Shown one piece after another: positions 32,025 through 41,258 of a stretch of DNA of 64,000 bases (positions are counted from its first letter, which is position 1; each line of letters begins with the position of its first letter). The stretch covers positions 180,909 to 244,908 of the forward strand of contig DBDS01000006.1 in assembly GCA_002293685.1 (NCBI GenBank), in the 5' to 3' direction. The stretch is from Patescibacteria group bacterium UBA926. GTDB taxonomy: Bacteria; Patescibacteriota; Doudnabacteria; UBA920. A program made the translations under genes and the position numbers. Under the pieces are notes generated by a model that saw nothing but the letters and a program-made list of their open reading frames with translations, was not told where the DNA came from and did no database searches.

Positions 32025-32542
32025 AAATCTCCAATATTTACTGCGCCTGGACAGGTACTTAAACCATAATTAATCTCACCACCAGGCCTAAATTCATCAG
32101 CTATTTCCGTTTGTGTATAGACCTCAATAGGAAGTTTACAAATTTCCGAGCCTGCTCCTAAAAGATTCCCCAAAACCTGTTCAGCTTTAGCTCTAGATCC
32201 AGAATACGGCTGTGACAATAAAATAACCTCAATAAAATCACCCTGTATTACATATGAAATTGAAAATTCTGTTGCTGAGTGCAATACCATAACCTCTTCA
32301 TCTTGACGAATTATATTCTCGAAAATATTATTTATTCTAACTGGTCCAGATGAAGTATTCCATACGATTCCAGAATCACTTTGCTCCTTCACATCTGCAC
32401 CTTCAAAATTTGCAACCTGAAGTGACCCTACGGTGGAGGTACTTCTAAAAAACAAATAAACCAATATCAACACAACTGAAAGACTCAGAATTATCGCTCC
32501 TATTAGAATATATTTTTTTTCTATGATCATGATGATGGACAA
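32021..32542 (-). CDS. hypothetical membrane-anchored protein
   Basis: N-terminal TM; ORF only. Confidence 0.35.
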   Translation of the reverse strand: MSIIMIIEKKYILIGAIILSLSVVLILVYLFFRSTSTVGSLQVANFEGADVKEQSDSGIVWNTSSGPVRINNIFENIIRQDEEVMVLHSATEFSISYVIQGDFIEVILLSQPYSGSRAKAEQVLGNLLGAGSEICKLPIEVYTQTEIADEFRPGGEINYGLSTCPGAVNIGDL

Positions 32543-33654
32543 GCCTTAAATTCATTATACCAACGCGAGACAGTCACAACATAGTTACGAGTCTGCATGT
32601 AACCATTAATATTGGTTGAGCATACAGTCTTAGAACTATTAGTAAAAGGGCATTCCCACACTCTGAGACCCGAACAAATCGAACTCGGACCCTGGCTCTT
32701 TCTACCAGGTCCAGCATTGTATGCTGAGATAACGTATTTCGTGGAAGAATTCACAGCTGTATTTCGTAGTAGAGTCGCTAAATATTTTGTACCGCAATCA
32801 ATATTTTTCACCCCGTCAGTTTGCCAGCCAGATTGGCATCCAATTGACCTAGCTGTCTCCGTCTTAATCTGCATCAAACCATGACAACACCCAGTCCAGC
32901 TGGTAATTACTTCTCTCCAACCACTTTCTTTTTGAATTATGGCTTTAATCAAAGCCTGGTCCACACCATATCGTTGTGAAGCAGCGCTGATTGCTGCCTG
33001 ATATCTGGACTCTATTGCGCACTTCGCTCTAGTGCTTGCCAACTTGTCATCTCCTAAACTACAACTAACACCATTACCCTGAATCATTTGTCCAGAAGCT
33101 ACATTCACATTTCCTGTACTCACTTGCCCCGCACTTGGTCCAGTCGAAATAATACACCTTGCACTAAAGCCAATGGCTTCACAGCTCGGTAAATCCTGCG
33201 TGCTAAAAATCGGCGGTTGAATTGGTCGAATTTGAGTGAGCGTTGGGTTTATAAAGTTCAGCAACACAAAACTTCCAAGCAAGATTCCCATTCCAGTCAC
33301 AGCAGAAAGCAAAATATTTTTCGCCTTCCCCTTCCCCGCTTCCCCACTTGTAATATACAAATATCCTGCTAAAACTAAAAAGAAAATTAACGCGATAGCC
33401 CCGGCTGAGATTCCGAATCGATATAATCTACCGACACAATCTAGGAGATCTGTCCCCTGCCCTTTTGGGGTACACAAAAATGCTTCTATGCTTTCATCAA
33501 CACCGGAATATGTTGGCAAAGCAGTTGGTGCATCTGTTGGTTGCAATGGTCCGTGATTATCTGCCAACGCCATTGGCGCTAAAAAACCCGCTGCTATTGT
33601 GAGAAATACTGCAGTTAAGAATAAAGCACGGGCTTTTAGAATTATTGAGTACAT
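32527..33654 (-). CDS. exported protein: same N-terminal signal-peptide + double-TM Cys module fused to lytic transglycosylase (SLT) domain
   Basis: AIIQKESGW...GLMQI...AYNAGPG SLT motifs; N-terminal 150 aa paralogous to 30283-31281. Confidence 0.6.
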   Translation of the reverse strand: MYSIILKARALFLTAVFLTIAAGFLAPMALADNHGPLQPTDAPTALPTYSGVDESIEAFLCTPKGQGTDLLDCVGRLYRFGISAGAIALIFFLVLAGYLYITSGEAGKGKAKNILLSAVTGMGILLGSFVLLNFINPTLTQIRPIQPPIFSTQDLPSCEAIGFSARCIISTGPSAGQVSTGNVNVASGQMIQGNGVSCSLGDDKLASTRAKCAIESRYQAAISAASQRYGVDQALIKAIIQKESGWREVITSWTGCCHGLMQIKTETARSIGCQSGWQTDGVKNIDCGTKYLATLLRNTAVNSSTKYVISAYNAGPGRKSQGPSSICSGLRVWECPFTNSSKTVCSTNINGYMQTRNYVVTVSRWYNEFKACPSS

Positions 33655-33721
33655 TTTGTTTTTGATTTCATTTGCAGAATTTCGGCACAGTATTTTGTTG
33701 GTCGAACGAGGAAGTGCTGCA

Positions 33722-35053
33722 TTACCTACTCAAGAAGTTCATCGGATTATATGTTACTCCAGATGGTACAGAATACGGTCCATAAACAGCCGAATGCTGA
33801 CCTGGGGTTACAGAATAACCGTTACAATCAAATACCGTGAAGTGAAGATGGTAACCACGTTCTGGTCCATAAAGCAAGCGAGTTGTGTTTCCGGTGTTAC
33901 CCTCGTAACCAACTAAGTCGCCACGCTTCACACTTTGACCACCGGCAACTTTGATGGTTCGCATATGAGCATACAACGTTATTACACATCTATCTGCTCC
34001 AGAACTAGATTTAATGTTATGACGAATCGTACACCAATTTCCGTAAGCCGCTTCACCTGTATCACACTTTGCCACAGTTCCATCTGCTGCTGCATAAATC
34101 GGTTTTCCCGCAGGGGCGGCTATATCGATACCGTTGTGGAAATTATAACCAAGCGCTCGAAAACCAGTGTTACCATAACCTTGCGTTAATACACCATCCA
34201 TTGGCCATCCCATCACACCTTTATTAACCGAAATTGTAGTATTACCAGCTTTTGCGCGAGCAGCTGCATCGAGCGAATCAATTTCTTCCATGATTTTATT
34301 TTGCTCATTACGGCTCGCAGACAATAACCGCTGATAATTTCCTTCGACTCCTTTAGTTTCCGCTAATAAGCGTTCTTTATTCTGACGCTCTGACTCTAAA
34401 CTTGTTTGAGTGATACTCAACTCTTCCTTAAGTGACTCTAATTTAGCAAGTGAAACTTTTAAGTCCTGTTGTTGAATAACTAACTTTTCCTTAATCTCCT
34501 TAATTCGAGACATTAATGTATAAACCTGATCATTAACACTGCGGACGTATTGAATTTGGTCTAAGAAACTTGAAAAGTCGTCCGTTCCCAAACTGATTTG
34601 AAGAAAAGTATTATTTTCTAACTTAGACATTTGAACAATCAGCTGCGCTAAAATTTTTCGGTTTTCATCGATTTCTTTTTCACGACGTTCAATCTGAATT
34701 TCTAACTCATTGATTTGAAGAGAGGTATCTTCACGCTGAGTATCATTTGCTTCAATTTGCAATTCCAATGAACGAATTTGATTATCATAAATCTTCATTT
34801 CGTTCTGCAAGCTGGCGGCTTGGTTTCGAGTCTGACTGATTTGAGTTTGATAAGAATTAATCTGGCTTTGAATCTGTTGCAATCTTAAATCTAAACGAGC
34901 GCGGTCGTTATTTTGAGCTTGAACAATGCTTGTAGATTGAGTATTGAAAAAATAAAAAACAGCTAGTCCTAAGACAGCTAAAAGACCCGCAAAAACAGCG
35001 GATATAATAACAATTCGTTTGATAATGTTTGTTTCAAATAAAGGTTTATCCAT
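33722..35053 (-). CDS. peptidase M23 (LytM-type) with N-terminal TM and long coiled coil (EnvC-like)
   Basis: HNGIDIAAPAG...HLHF M23 motifs; heptad-rich central region. Confidence 0.75.
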   Translation of the reverse strand: MDKPLFETNIIKRIVIISAVFAGLLAVLGLAVFYFFNTQSTSIVQAQNNDRARLDLRLQQIQSQINSYQTQISQTRNQAASLQNEMKIYDNQIRSLELQIEANDTQREDTSLQINELEIQIERREKEIDENRKILAQLIVQMSKLENNTFLQISLGTDDFSSFLDQIQYVRSVNDQVYTLMSRIKEIKEKLVIQQQDLKVSLAKLESLKEELSITQTSLESERQNKERLLAETKGVEGNYQRLLSASRNEQNKIMEEIDSLDAAARAKAGNTTISVNKGVMGWPMDGVLTQGYGNTGFRALGYNFHNGIDIAAPAGKPIYAAADGTVAKCDTGEAAYGNWCTIRHNIKSSSGADRCVITLYAHMRTIKVAGGQSVKRGDLVGYEGNTGNTTRLLYGPERGYHLHFTVFDCNGYSVTPGQHSAVYGPYSVPSGVTYNPMNFLSR

Positions 35054-35091
35054 CTACCTAATTATACCATAAAATTTCGCTATTTTTTGAG

Positions 35092-35123
35092 AAAAAAGCC
35101 CTCAAAAATATGAGGGCTTTTTC
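35092..35123. terminator. bidirectional terminator downstream of gltX (-)
   Basis: aaaaaagccctca aaaatat gagggcttttt. Confidence 0.7.
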
Positions 35124-35140
35124 TTATATGAAATGTAATT

Positions 35141-35269
35141 CTCGGACCGAGCGAAGTCCACCAAAATCTCGTTTAGATTTTGGGCGTACGGAGCGAGAAT
35201 GAGTTAAAAGTATCCCCAGAAGCCCGAAGGGCTATCCGGGGTCTAGATCCCGAGGCCCCACCAGGGATT
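35141..35269. repeat. repeat cluster: core D copy (cgaagtccaccaaaatctcgtttagattttgggcg) followed by family C copy 2
   Basis: sequence similarity to 43117-43172 and 1220-1277. Confidence 0.5.
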
Positions 35270-35334
35270 ACTTACAAACTATGCCGTCGTAGATCCCGGA
35301 CAATCCTCACTGCGTTCGGATTTCCAGGAATTCT

Positions 35335-36849
35335 TTAGCTAAGCTTATCAATAGCGGTTTGAATTCGAGAAATAACATTGCTCAACCCCCCATTTTTGTA
35401 CAAAGCAGAGATAAGTTCAAACGGGCTTGGGCTTCTTTCCAAACCTGATAATGACACGCGAAGTGGCCAAAGCACAGAGCCTGTATCATACTGATTTTCA
35501 GCAATCCATGCTTTGAGTTTTTCTTCGACTATAGTTGTCTGAAAATCGGTTTCGGAGAGAGTGTTAAGAAATTCAATCACAGCTGAAAGCTTTTGTTTAG
35601 CATCTGCACTATCTGCTTTTTTCCAAACCAAGATTGATGCATCATACTCTGGTTGTGAAAAATAAAAACTGGCATGTTCAACAATTTGTGACAAAACTTT
35701 CAAACGCTCTTTTTCAATCTCAATTACTGCTAACAAAAACTCGTTAGGATAGTCGGCAATTTTTACTCCGCCTTGTTCTAAGAATGGTGATACAAGATTC
35801 AAAAGATTTTCATTGTCTAACTCACGCAAATACATCCCGTTCATCCAATTCAATTTTTCAATATCAAACACAGCGCCAGACTTGTTAACTTTTTCTAAAT
35901 CAAATTGTTGAATAAGCTCTTCTTTGGTAAATATTTCTTGCTCAGTTTTGGGATTCCAGCCAAGTAAAGCAACAAAGTTTAGTAGCGCTTCCGGTAAATA
36001 ACCTTTTGCCAAAAAATCTTCAACAGTCACATCACCCTGTCGTTTTGATAATTTAGTTTTATCAGGGTTTAAAATCAGTGGTAAATGTGCGAAGTTTGGT
36101 GCTTCCCATCCAAAAGCTTGAAACAACAAGATATGTTTTGGTGTTGAAGGTATCCATTCCTCTCCGCGAATGACATGAGAAATTTCCATAAAGTGATCAT
36201 CCACCACAACTGCCAAATGATAAGTTGGGAAACCATCACTTTTAAGAAGAACCTGGTCGTCAAGTAATTCATGATCGTAACTAATCTCGCCATAAACTAA
36301 ATCCTTCACAACTGTTTTACCTTCTTCAGGAATCACTTGGCGGACGACAGGTTGTTTTCCTACAGATTCAAATTCATTTAATTTTGCTTCGATGTCTTCA
36401 TCAGATAACTTTCGACAGAGCTTATCATACATAGGTGGCTTCTTTAGCGCAGTTTGTTCTGTGCGTAATTCGGCTAAACGTTCTGCACTACAGAAACAAT
36501 AATAAGCCTTTTTCTGTGCAATGAGTTCTTTGACTTGAGTGTGGTATAAATTTAATCTTTGTGATTGAATATACGGACCAAACTCCCCCGCTTGTGCAAC
36601 TTCTCCGTCTTTTAGAACAACGCCTTCATCGAATTCAATCCCAACTTTACTCATCACTGAAATCATATTTTCTATTGCTCCTTCGACTTTTCTAGATTGA
36701 TCCGTGTCTTCAACTCGAAGGACACTCACTCCCCCGTTATGCTTAGCAAATAAATATGAAAACAGCGCTGTGCGAATACTTCCAATATGCACCTCACCTG
36801 TGGGGCTAGGAGCAAAGCGTGTGCGGACTTGTTGTGATGGATTATTCAT
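35335..36849 (-). CDS. gltX: glutamate--tRNA ligase
   Basis: RFAPSPTGEVHIGS (HIGH) and KLSKR. Confidence 0.85.
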   Translation of the reverse strand: MNNPSQQVRTRFAPSPTGEVHIGSIRTALFSYLFAKHNGGVSVLRVEDTDQSRKVEGAIENMISVMSKVGIEFDEGVVLKDGEVAQAGEFGPYIQSQRLNLYHTQVKELIAQKKAYYCFCSAERLAELRTEQTALKKPPMYDKLCRKLSDEDIEAKLNEFESVGKQPVVRQVIPEEGKTVVKDLVYGEISYDHELLDDQVLLKSDGFPTYHLAVVVDDHFMEISHVIRGEEWIPSTPKHILLFQAFGWEAPNFAHLPLILNPDKTKLSKRQGDVTVEDFLAKGYLPEALLNFVALLGWNPKTEQEIFTKEELIQQFDLEKVNKSGAVFDIEKLNWMNGMYLRELDNENLLNLVSPFLEQGGVKIADYPNEFLLAVIEIEKERLKVLSQIVEHASFYFSQPEYDASILVWKKADSADAKQKLSAVIEFLNTLSETDFQTTIVEEKLKAWIAENQYDTGSVLWPLRVSLSGLERSPSPFELISALYKNGGLSNVISRIQTAIDKLS

Positions 36850-36940
36850 AACTAAAATATACTATATTTATGCGGATTTTTCAAGGAATTTTTGTCATTC
36901 CTAAAAAGTATTCCTGGACGGCTGAAGTGTTTCAAGGTAA

Positions 36941-37007
36941 GCATTCCCGGAAGCCCAAAGGGCTATCCGGGATCTGTGGTTGAGACCCCGGCCTTCGTCG
37001 GGGATAC
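36941..37007. repeat. repeat family C, copy 3
   Basis: tcccggaagcccaaagggctatccgggatctg..gaccccggccttcgtcggggatac. Confidence 0.55.
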
Positions 37008-37053
37008 TGTGCTTCGACCGGAATTCTTCTGTACGTTCAGGATAACAAAGTGA

Positions 37054-38373
37054 CTATGCGGATTTTTTAAGGTATTCAGACAGCTCTTTTAAAACGTTTT
37101 CGGCGTGATGCTTACGTTCGGGTGCAATTCGCTGCAGCACATCTTTAACTGAAAGCCATTCATATTCTTCAAACTCACGACCATCTACTACTATCTCGGA
37201 ATTATCACCAAAGAATCTAAACAGTACGGTTTGTTGAGTTTGTCCATTGTAAGGTCGTTGATTAAAGACAACAGGTCGATTACCATGCAGCCATTCATAA
37301 GAATTTAAAAAGTTAGAAGTTAACAGTGGCTTTACGGAAGTGATTCCAGTTTCTTCTTCAAGTTCTCTTGCAGCTGCAGAAAGCAACTCTTCACCTTCGT
37401 CAATTCCGCCTTGAGGGAACTGCCAATAATTATCTAAGAATACTCGGCTTTGGCCATTCTTTGGTGGCGCGACAATTCGTTTAAACAACAAAATTTTATT
37501 ATCTTCATTCACTACAACAGCTACAGCGTTCGAACGAAACGGATACGATTTAAACACTTTGTAACGAATGAGTGAAACTATCAATCCGATTGTCGCTCGA
37601 TAAATTCGTGGGACCCGACGCGGCTGAGTGAATAATCGAAACAACCATTCGAGCCCAATCCTTCGTACAAACTTTGGCGGACGAAGCTTATTACCTGCTG
37701 CATAATCAAAAGTACCTCCAACACCCATAGCCATTTTCACAGGCAAATCTTTTAAGTGCTCTGCTATCCAACGCTCTTGTTTAATATTACCGTAGCCAAC
37801 AAATAGCATATCAGGCGAAACTTCTGCGATATCTACTTTAACACTCTGATCGTCAATTTTTTTATTTGAGACACCAGCAATTTTGAGTTTTGGATATTTT
37901 ATCTTTAGTAACTCGGCTGTTTTCTGAGCAGAATCACTCCAGTCATTTAATAGAAAGACTGAGAAGTTTTCTTTCTCGGCAAGTGCGCATAAATCAAAAA
38001 ACACCTCTGCTCCCACAATTTTTTCGGGGATATTTTGGTATAAGTAACTTGGAGTTAATAAAATTCGTGCGCCAGTTATAATCGCACCAAACCATGCTTC
38101 AACGATTTTTCCATAGTGAGATTTCGCTGCAAGAGGTTTGCTTAAAAAGCGTTCGGCCCAAAAAATTCCAATCCCATCAGCAATAGCAATATCCGCTTTG
38201 GCTAATAAGTCACGTACTTCCCCACTTCTCAAAGCGGCGTATAAAAATTCAGAGTAAGGTGTGGTGACAAAAGTTTGTTCATCACTAGAGACTCGTCGTT
38301 TTACCTCAGCCAAAAATTCCGCTTTGGAAATAGCGGAAATTTTGATCGGACCAATTGTAATTGGTTTATACAT
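37054..38373 (-). CDS. WecB/TagA/CpsF-family glycosyltransferase fused to C-terminal NUDIX hydrolase
   Basis: GLEWLFRLFTQPRR TagA signature; Nudix box GGIDEGEELLSAAARELEEETGI. Confidence 0.6.
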   Translation of the reverse strand: MYKPITIGPIKISAISKAEFLAEVKRRVSSDEQTFVTTPYSEFLYAALRSGEVRDLLAKADIAIADGIGIFWAERFLSKPLAAKSHYGKIVEAWFGAIITGARILLTPSYLYQNIPEKIVGAEVFFDLCALAEKENFSVFLLNDWSDSAQKTAELLKIKYPKLKIAGVSNKKIDDQSVKVDIAEVSPDMLFVGYGNIKQERWIAEHLKDLPVKMAMGVGGTFDYAAGNKLRPPKFVRRIGLEWLFRLFTQPRRVPRIYRATIGLIVSLIRYKVFKSYPFRSNAVAVVVNEDNKILLFKRIVAPPKNGQSRVFLDNYWQFPQGGIDEGEELLSAAARELEEETGITSVKPLLTSNFLNSYEWLHGNRPVVFNQRPYNGQTQQTVLFRFFGDNSEIVVDGREFEEYEWLSVKDVLQRIAPERKHHAENVLKELSEYLKKSA

Positions 38374-39220
38374 TTTTTTCTAAACACTCATTAAATGAAC
38401 TAACCTGATTATTATATGAATTGACCAGAGATTTTGTGGATTCAATTAGACTATTGAGTTCGTTGGCCAATTCATTATATTCCTGTACAGCTTCATTATA
38501 TGCCTGCCGCGATGAATATTGATTTCTATCAACTTGTTGCTTTTTAGTCTGTAATTCTGCTTCAAGTCGAGCTATCCTATCTCGATTTCCATCGATGCGA
38601 ATCTTTAGGTTAGGCTCTGGAGTTGGACAGTTGGATAACGGTGAACCGAATTCCTGAACAGCCATCCAAACTTCTTTGCCTTCAAACATCCCTTTACCAA
38701 CCGCAACGCCAATCTCATTAAATTTAATATCCAAAATATTTGCACGATGACCTGGGCTATCCATCCAAGCCTGAACTAATATTTCATCATTGCGATAATT
38801 ACCTAAAGCTAAGTTTTCACCCACTACCAAGAAATCATAACCCGCGGCTTTAATTACATCGGCTGGAGTCTTCCCATCTGGAGATTCATGTTCAAAATAC
38901 TGTTGACGAAACATATCATCTAATTTTGCCTTAGCAGCCAAATTCAATTTTTCATTTGTACGAAGTGGAACAAGACCATTTTGTTCGCGTTGCTTATTCG
39001 TCTCTACGACCACACCTTCTTGGGTTAAATCACTTAGAGCTGCCTCAAGCGGTCCAAGTAATGGACCTGGTAGTGATTCAGGCAAATTAACCTTGGATAA
39101 TAACCCTGCAAACTGATTATCACTTTTAATCCACTCAACAGCTCGTTGAGGCATGCCTTCCATTACAGCAACCAGCAAAAACCCCCCTAATAATATCCCT
39201 GCAAACAATTTATTCTTCAT
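38366..39220 (-). CDS. CAP/SCP (YkwD-like) domain secreted protein with C-terminal coiled coil
   Basis: DSPGHRANILDIKFNEIGVA motif; start at MKNK (ATG 39218-39220). Confidence 0.55.
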   Translation of the reverse strand: MKNKLFAGILLGGFLLVAVMEGMPQRAVEWIKSDNQFAGLLSKVNLPESLPGPLLGPLEAALSDLTQEGVVVETNKQREQNGLVPLRTNEKLNLAAKAKLDDMFRQQYFEHESPDGKTPADVIKAAGYDFLVVGENLALGNYRNDEILVQAWMDSPGHRANILDIKFNEIGVAVGKGMFEGKEVWMAVQEFGSPLSNCPTPEPNLKIRIDGNRDRIARLEAELQTKKQQVDRNQYSSRQAYNEAVQEYNELANELNSLIESTKSLVNSYNNQVSSFNECLEKNV

Positions 39221-39278
39221 AATCAACAGTATAGCAAAATATGTAGATTTTTCTAGTAATTTTCGATATAATGCCCTC

Positions 39279-39551
39279 ATGGATTCGCTCAAAAACCTCA
39301 CCGATAAGAAGCGTTTTCCGGCCAAACGAAACCCTAAGCTTCACTCTGCCAATCATGTACTGGCCGATGAACTCGCCGCAAAACTTAACGACCCGAAGCA
39401 TTTCGGTTTCTATTTACGAATGGCAGGTACTATTCCCCATCCTGTACTGCAAAGATTAGCTGGTCAAGTTTTAGAAAATCCGAAAGTGGATAACAAAGGG
39501 CGACTATTCGCTTACTTAATTAAAAAATATAACGAAGAGTCCAAAAAGTAA
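39279..39551 (+). CDS. hypothetical small protein
   Basis: ORF only; longer form would overlap CAP gene. Confidence 0.25.
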   Translation: MDSLKNLTDKKRFPAKRNPKLHSANHVLADELAAKLNDPKHFGFYLRMAGTIPHPVLQRLAGQVLENPKVDNKGRLFAYLIKKYNEESKK

Positions 39552-39647
39552 CCCCACTAATTACAAATCAAATTGATGTACGAAATCGAAATGTTTGATT
39601 TGTGAGTTTCTACTATTCGTTAAATTCGTAATTCGTAATAATTTCAA

Positions 39648-40142
39648 ATGATTTTACCAATCTCCAAACTCCCCGTAAAAGTTTTGCGCAAACCAGTTGT
39701 AAATGTGGAACTGCCTGCAGACAAAAAAATGCTCCGCTTAATCAAAGATATGATTGCTACATGTAAGGCTGCCGACGGTGTTGGGCTCGCTGCTCCGCAA
39801 ATCGGTCAGAATTTAAATCTGGCAATTATTTATTTAGAAGAAGCTGGATTACCAGCATTCCCCATCATCAATCCCGTGATAATTAAAACTTCCAAGGAGA
39901 CGACAGAAATGGAGGAAGGTTGTCTATCGACTCCTGGTCTTTTTGGTAAGGTGAAACGTCCAAAAAAAATCACTATTGAAGCGTATAACGTGGAAGGTGA
40001 AAAATTTACGATCACTGATGACACTTTTTTAGCGCGCGTTATTCAACATGAAATTGATCATTTAAAAAATACTCTCATCATTGATAAATTTGAAGAAATC
40101 ACTACTGGAAAAGAATTGCTTAAAAAATATCAGGACAAATAA
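39648..40142 (+). CDS. def: peptide deformylase
   Basis: GVGLAAPQIG, EGCLS, HEIDHL motifs. Confidence 0.85.
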   Translation: MILPISKLPVKVLRKPVVNVELPADKKMLRLIKDMIATCKAADGVGLAAPQIGQNLNLAIIYLEEAGLPAFPIINPVIIKTSKETTEMEEGCLSTPGLFGKVKRPKKITIEAYNVEGEKFTITDDTFLARVIQHEIDHLKNTLIIDKFEEITTGKELLKKYQDK

Positions 40143-40148
40143 TTCATT

Positions 40149-40676
40149 ATGAAGCTCATTAAAGATCTATTAGTTTTTCATATTGAAACAACAGGTCCCG
40201 ACCCAGAACGTGATCATATTATTCAAATTGCGGCTGTATTGCTCGACAAGGATAGTTTGCTTGAGAAAAATTTTCAAAATTCATTTGTGAAAGTTAGTTT
40301 CTTAGATGGCACGATTCAAAAACACTCAGAACAACTTGGAATAAGTTTTGATGAATTGAGACAGAGTCCAAAGATCACAGAAGCTATTAAGGATTTCATT
40401 AATACATTTGGTTTCGAGCCACTTCTTGCAACAAACTCCACAGCAAGTTTGTTATTCCTGCGTAATGCTTTCAAAAAAAGCCTACAACCATTTAAGTATG
40501 ATAAACACGTCCTCGATGTTTGGTCGCTCAGTTACATTTATGCCCTGCATATCGGTATCAAAAAAATTCCATCGCTTACCACTTTAGCGGATCACTTTAA
40601 TCTCCCAACAGCAAAAACTGGCCTAGATAAAGCTCGTCTAACTGCTCAAATTTTACGAAAAATCATTAATGGATAA
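40149..40676 (+). CDS. DnaQ-like DEDD 3'-5' exonuclease homolog, catalytic residues degenerate (FHIETTG)
   Basis: Exo I motif has His in place of first Asp; Exo II/III acidic and His residues not found. Confidence 0.5.
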   Translation: MKLIKDLLVFHIETTGPDPERDHIIQIAAVLLDKDSLLEKNFQNSFVKVSFLDGTIQKHSEQLGISFDELRQSPKITEAIKDFINTFGFEPLLATNSTASLLFLRNAFKKSLQPFKYDKHVLDVWSLSYIYALHIGIKKIPSLTTLADHFNLPTAKTGLDKARLTAQILRKIING

Positions 40677-40678
40677 TT

Positions 40679-41242
40679 ATGTTTAATAAAGACTTGTTAA
40701 TAATCGACGTAGAAGCAACGGGTGTTGATTATCAGAAACACGAATTAATAGAGCTGGCAGCTGTATTAATCGACAAAAAGACACTAAAAGAAAAGAAGTT
40801 TTTTTCTTCATTTATTAAACCTAAACACTGGAGTCGCCGTGATCCTGAAGCAATGGCGGTAAATAATATCTCTCGAGAGGAACTAAAATCAGCCCCAGAA
40901 TTAAAATCTGTTCTAAAAAAGTTCGAAAAAACTTTCGGTACGAACGTGATTCTCTCCCCTTACGGAACGATCATGGATACAGCAATGCTTCGCTTGGCAT
41001 ACAAACAATGCAAAATGCCATATAGATTCGATTATCATGTGTTTGATATTTGGCCACTCTGCTATGTATACATGGCAAGAAAAAAGTTACTTACCAATCG
41101 TAAACGTTTTTCCGGATTCTCCTTAGATGACCTCGCGAAGCATCTCAAACTCAATGTCCCAACCAATCGCCACACTGCACTAGCAGACTGCAGATTGCAA
41201 GCTGATGTTTTGCGCAAATTAATGAAAAGTTTTAAAGTCTAA
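40679..41242 (+). CDS. DnaQ-like DEDD 3'-5' exonuclease (intact motifs)
   Basis: IIDVEATG (Exo I), IMDTAML (Exo II), HTALAD (Exo III). Confidence 0.6.
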   Translation: MFNKDLLIIDVEATGVDYQKHELIELAAVLIDKKTLKEKKFFSSFIKPKHWSRRDPEAMAVNNISREELKSAPELKSVLKKFEKTFGTNVILSPYGTIMDTAMLRLAYKQCKMPYRFDYHVFDIWPLCYVYMARKKLLTNRKRFSGFSLDDLAKHLKLNVPTNRHTALADCRLQADVLRKLMKSFKV

Positions 41243-41258
41243 GAATTAAACTAAGTCT

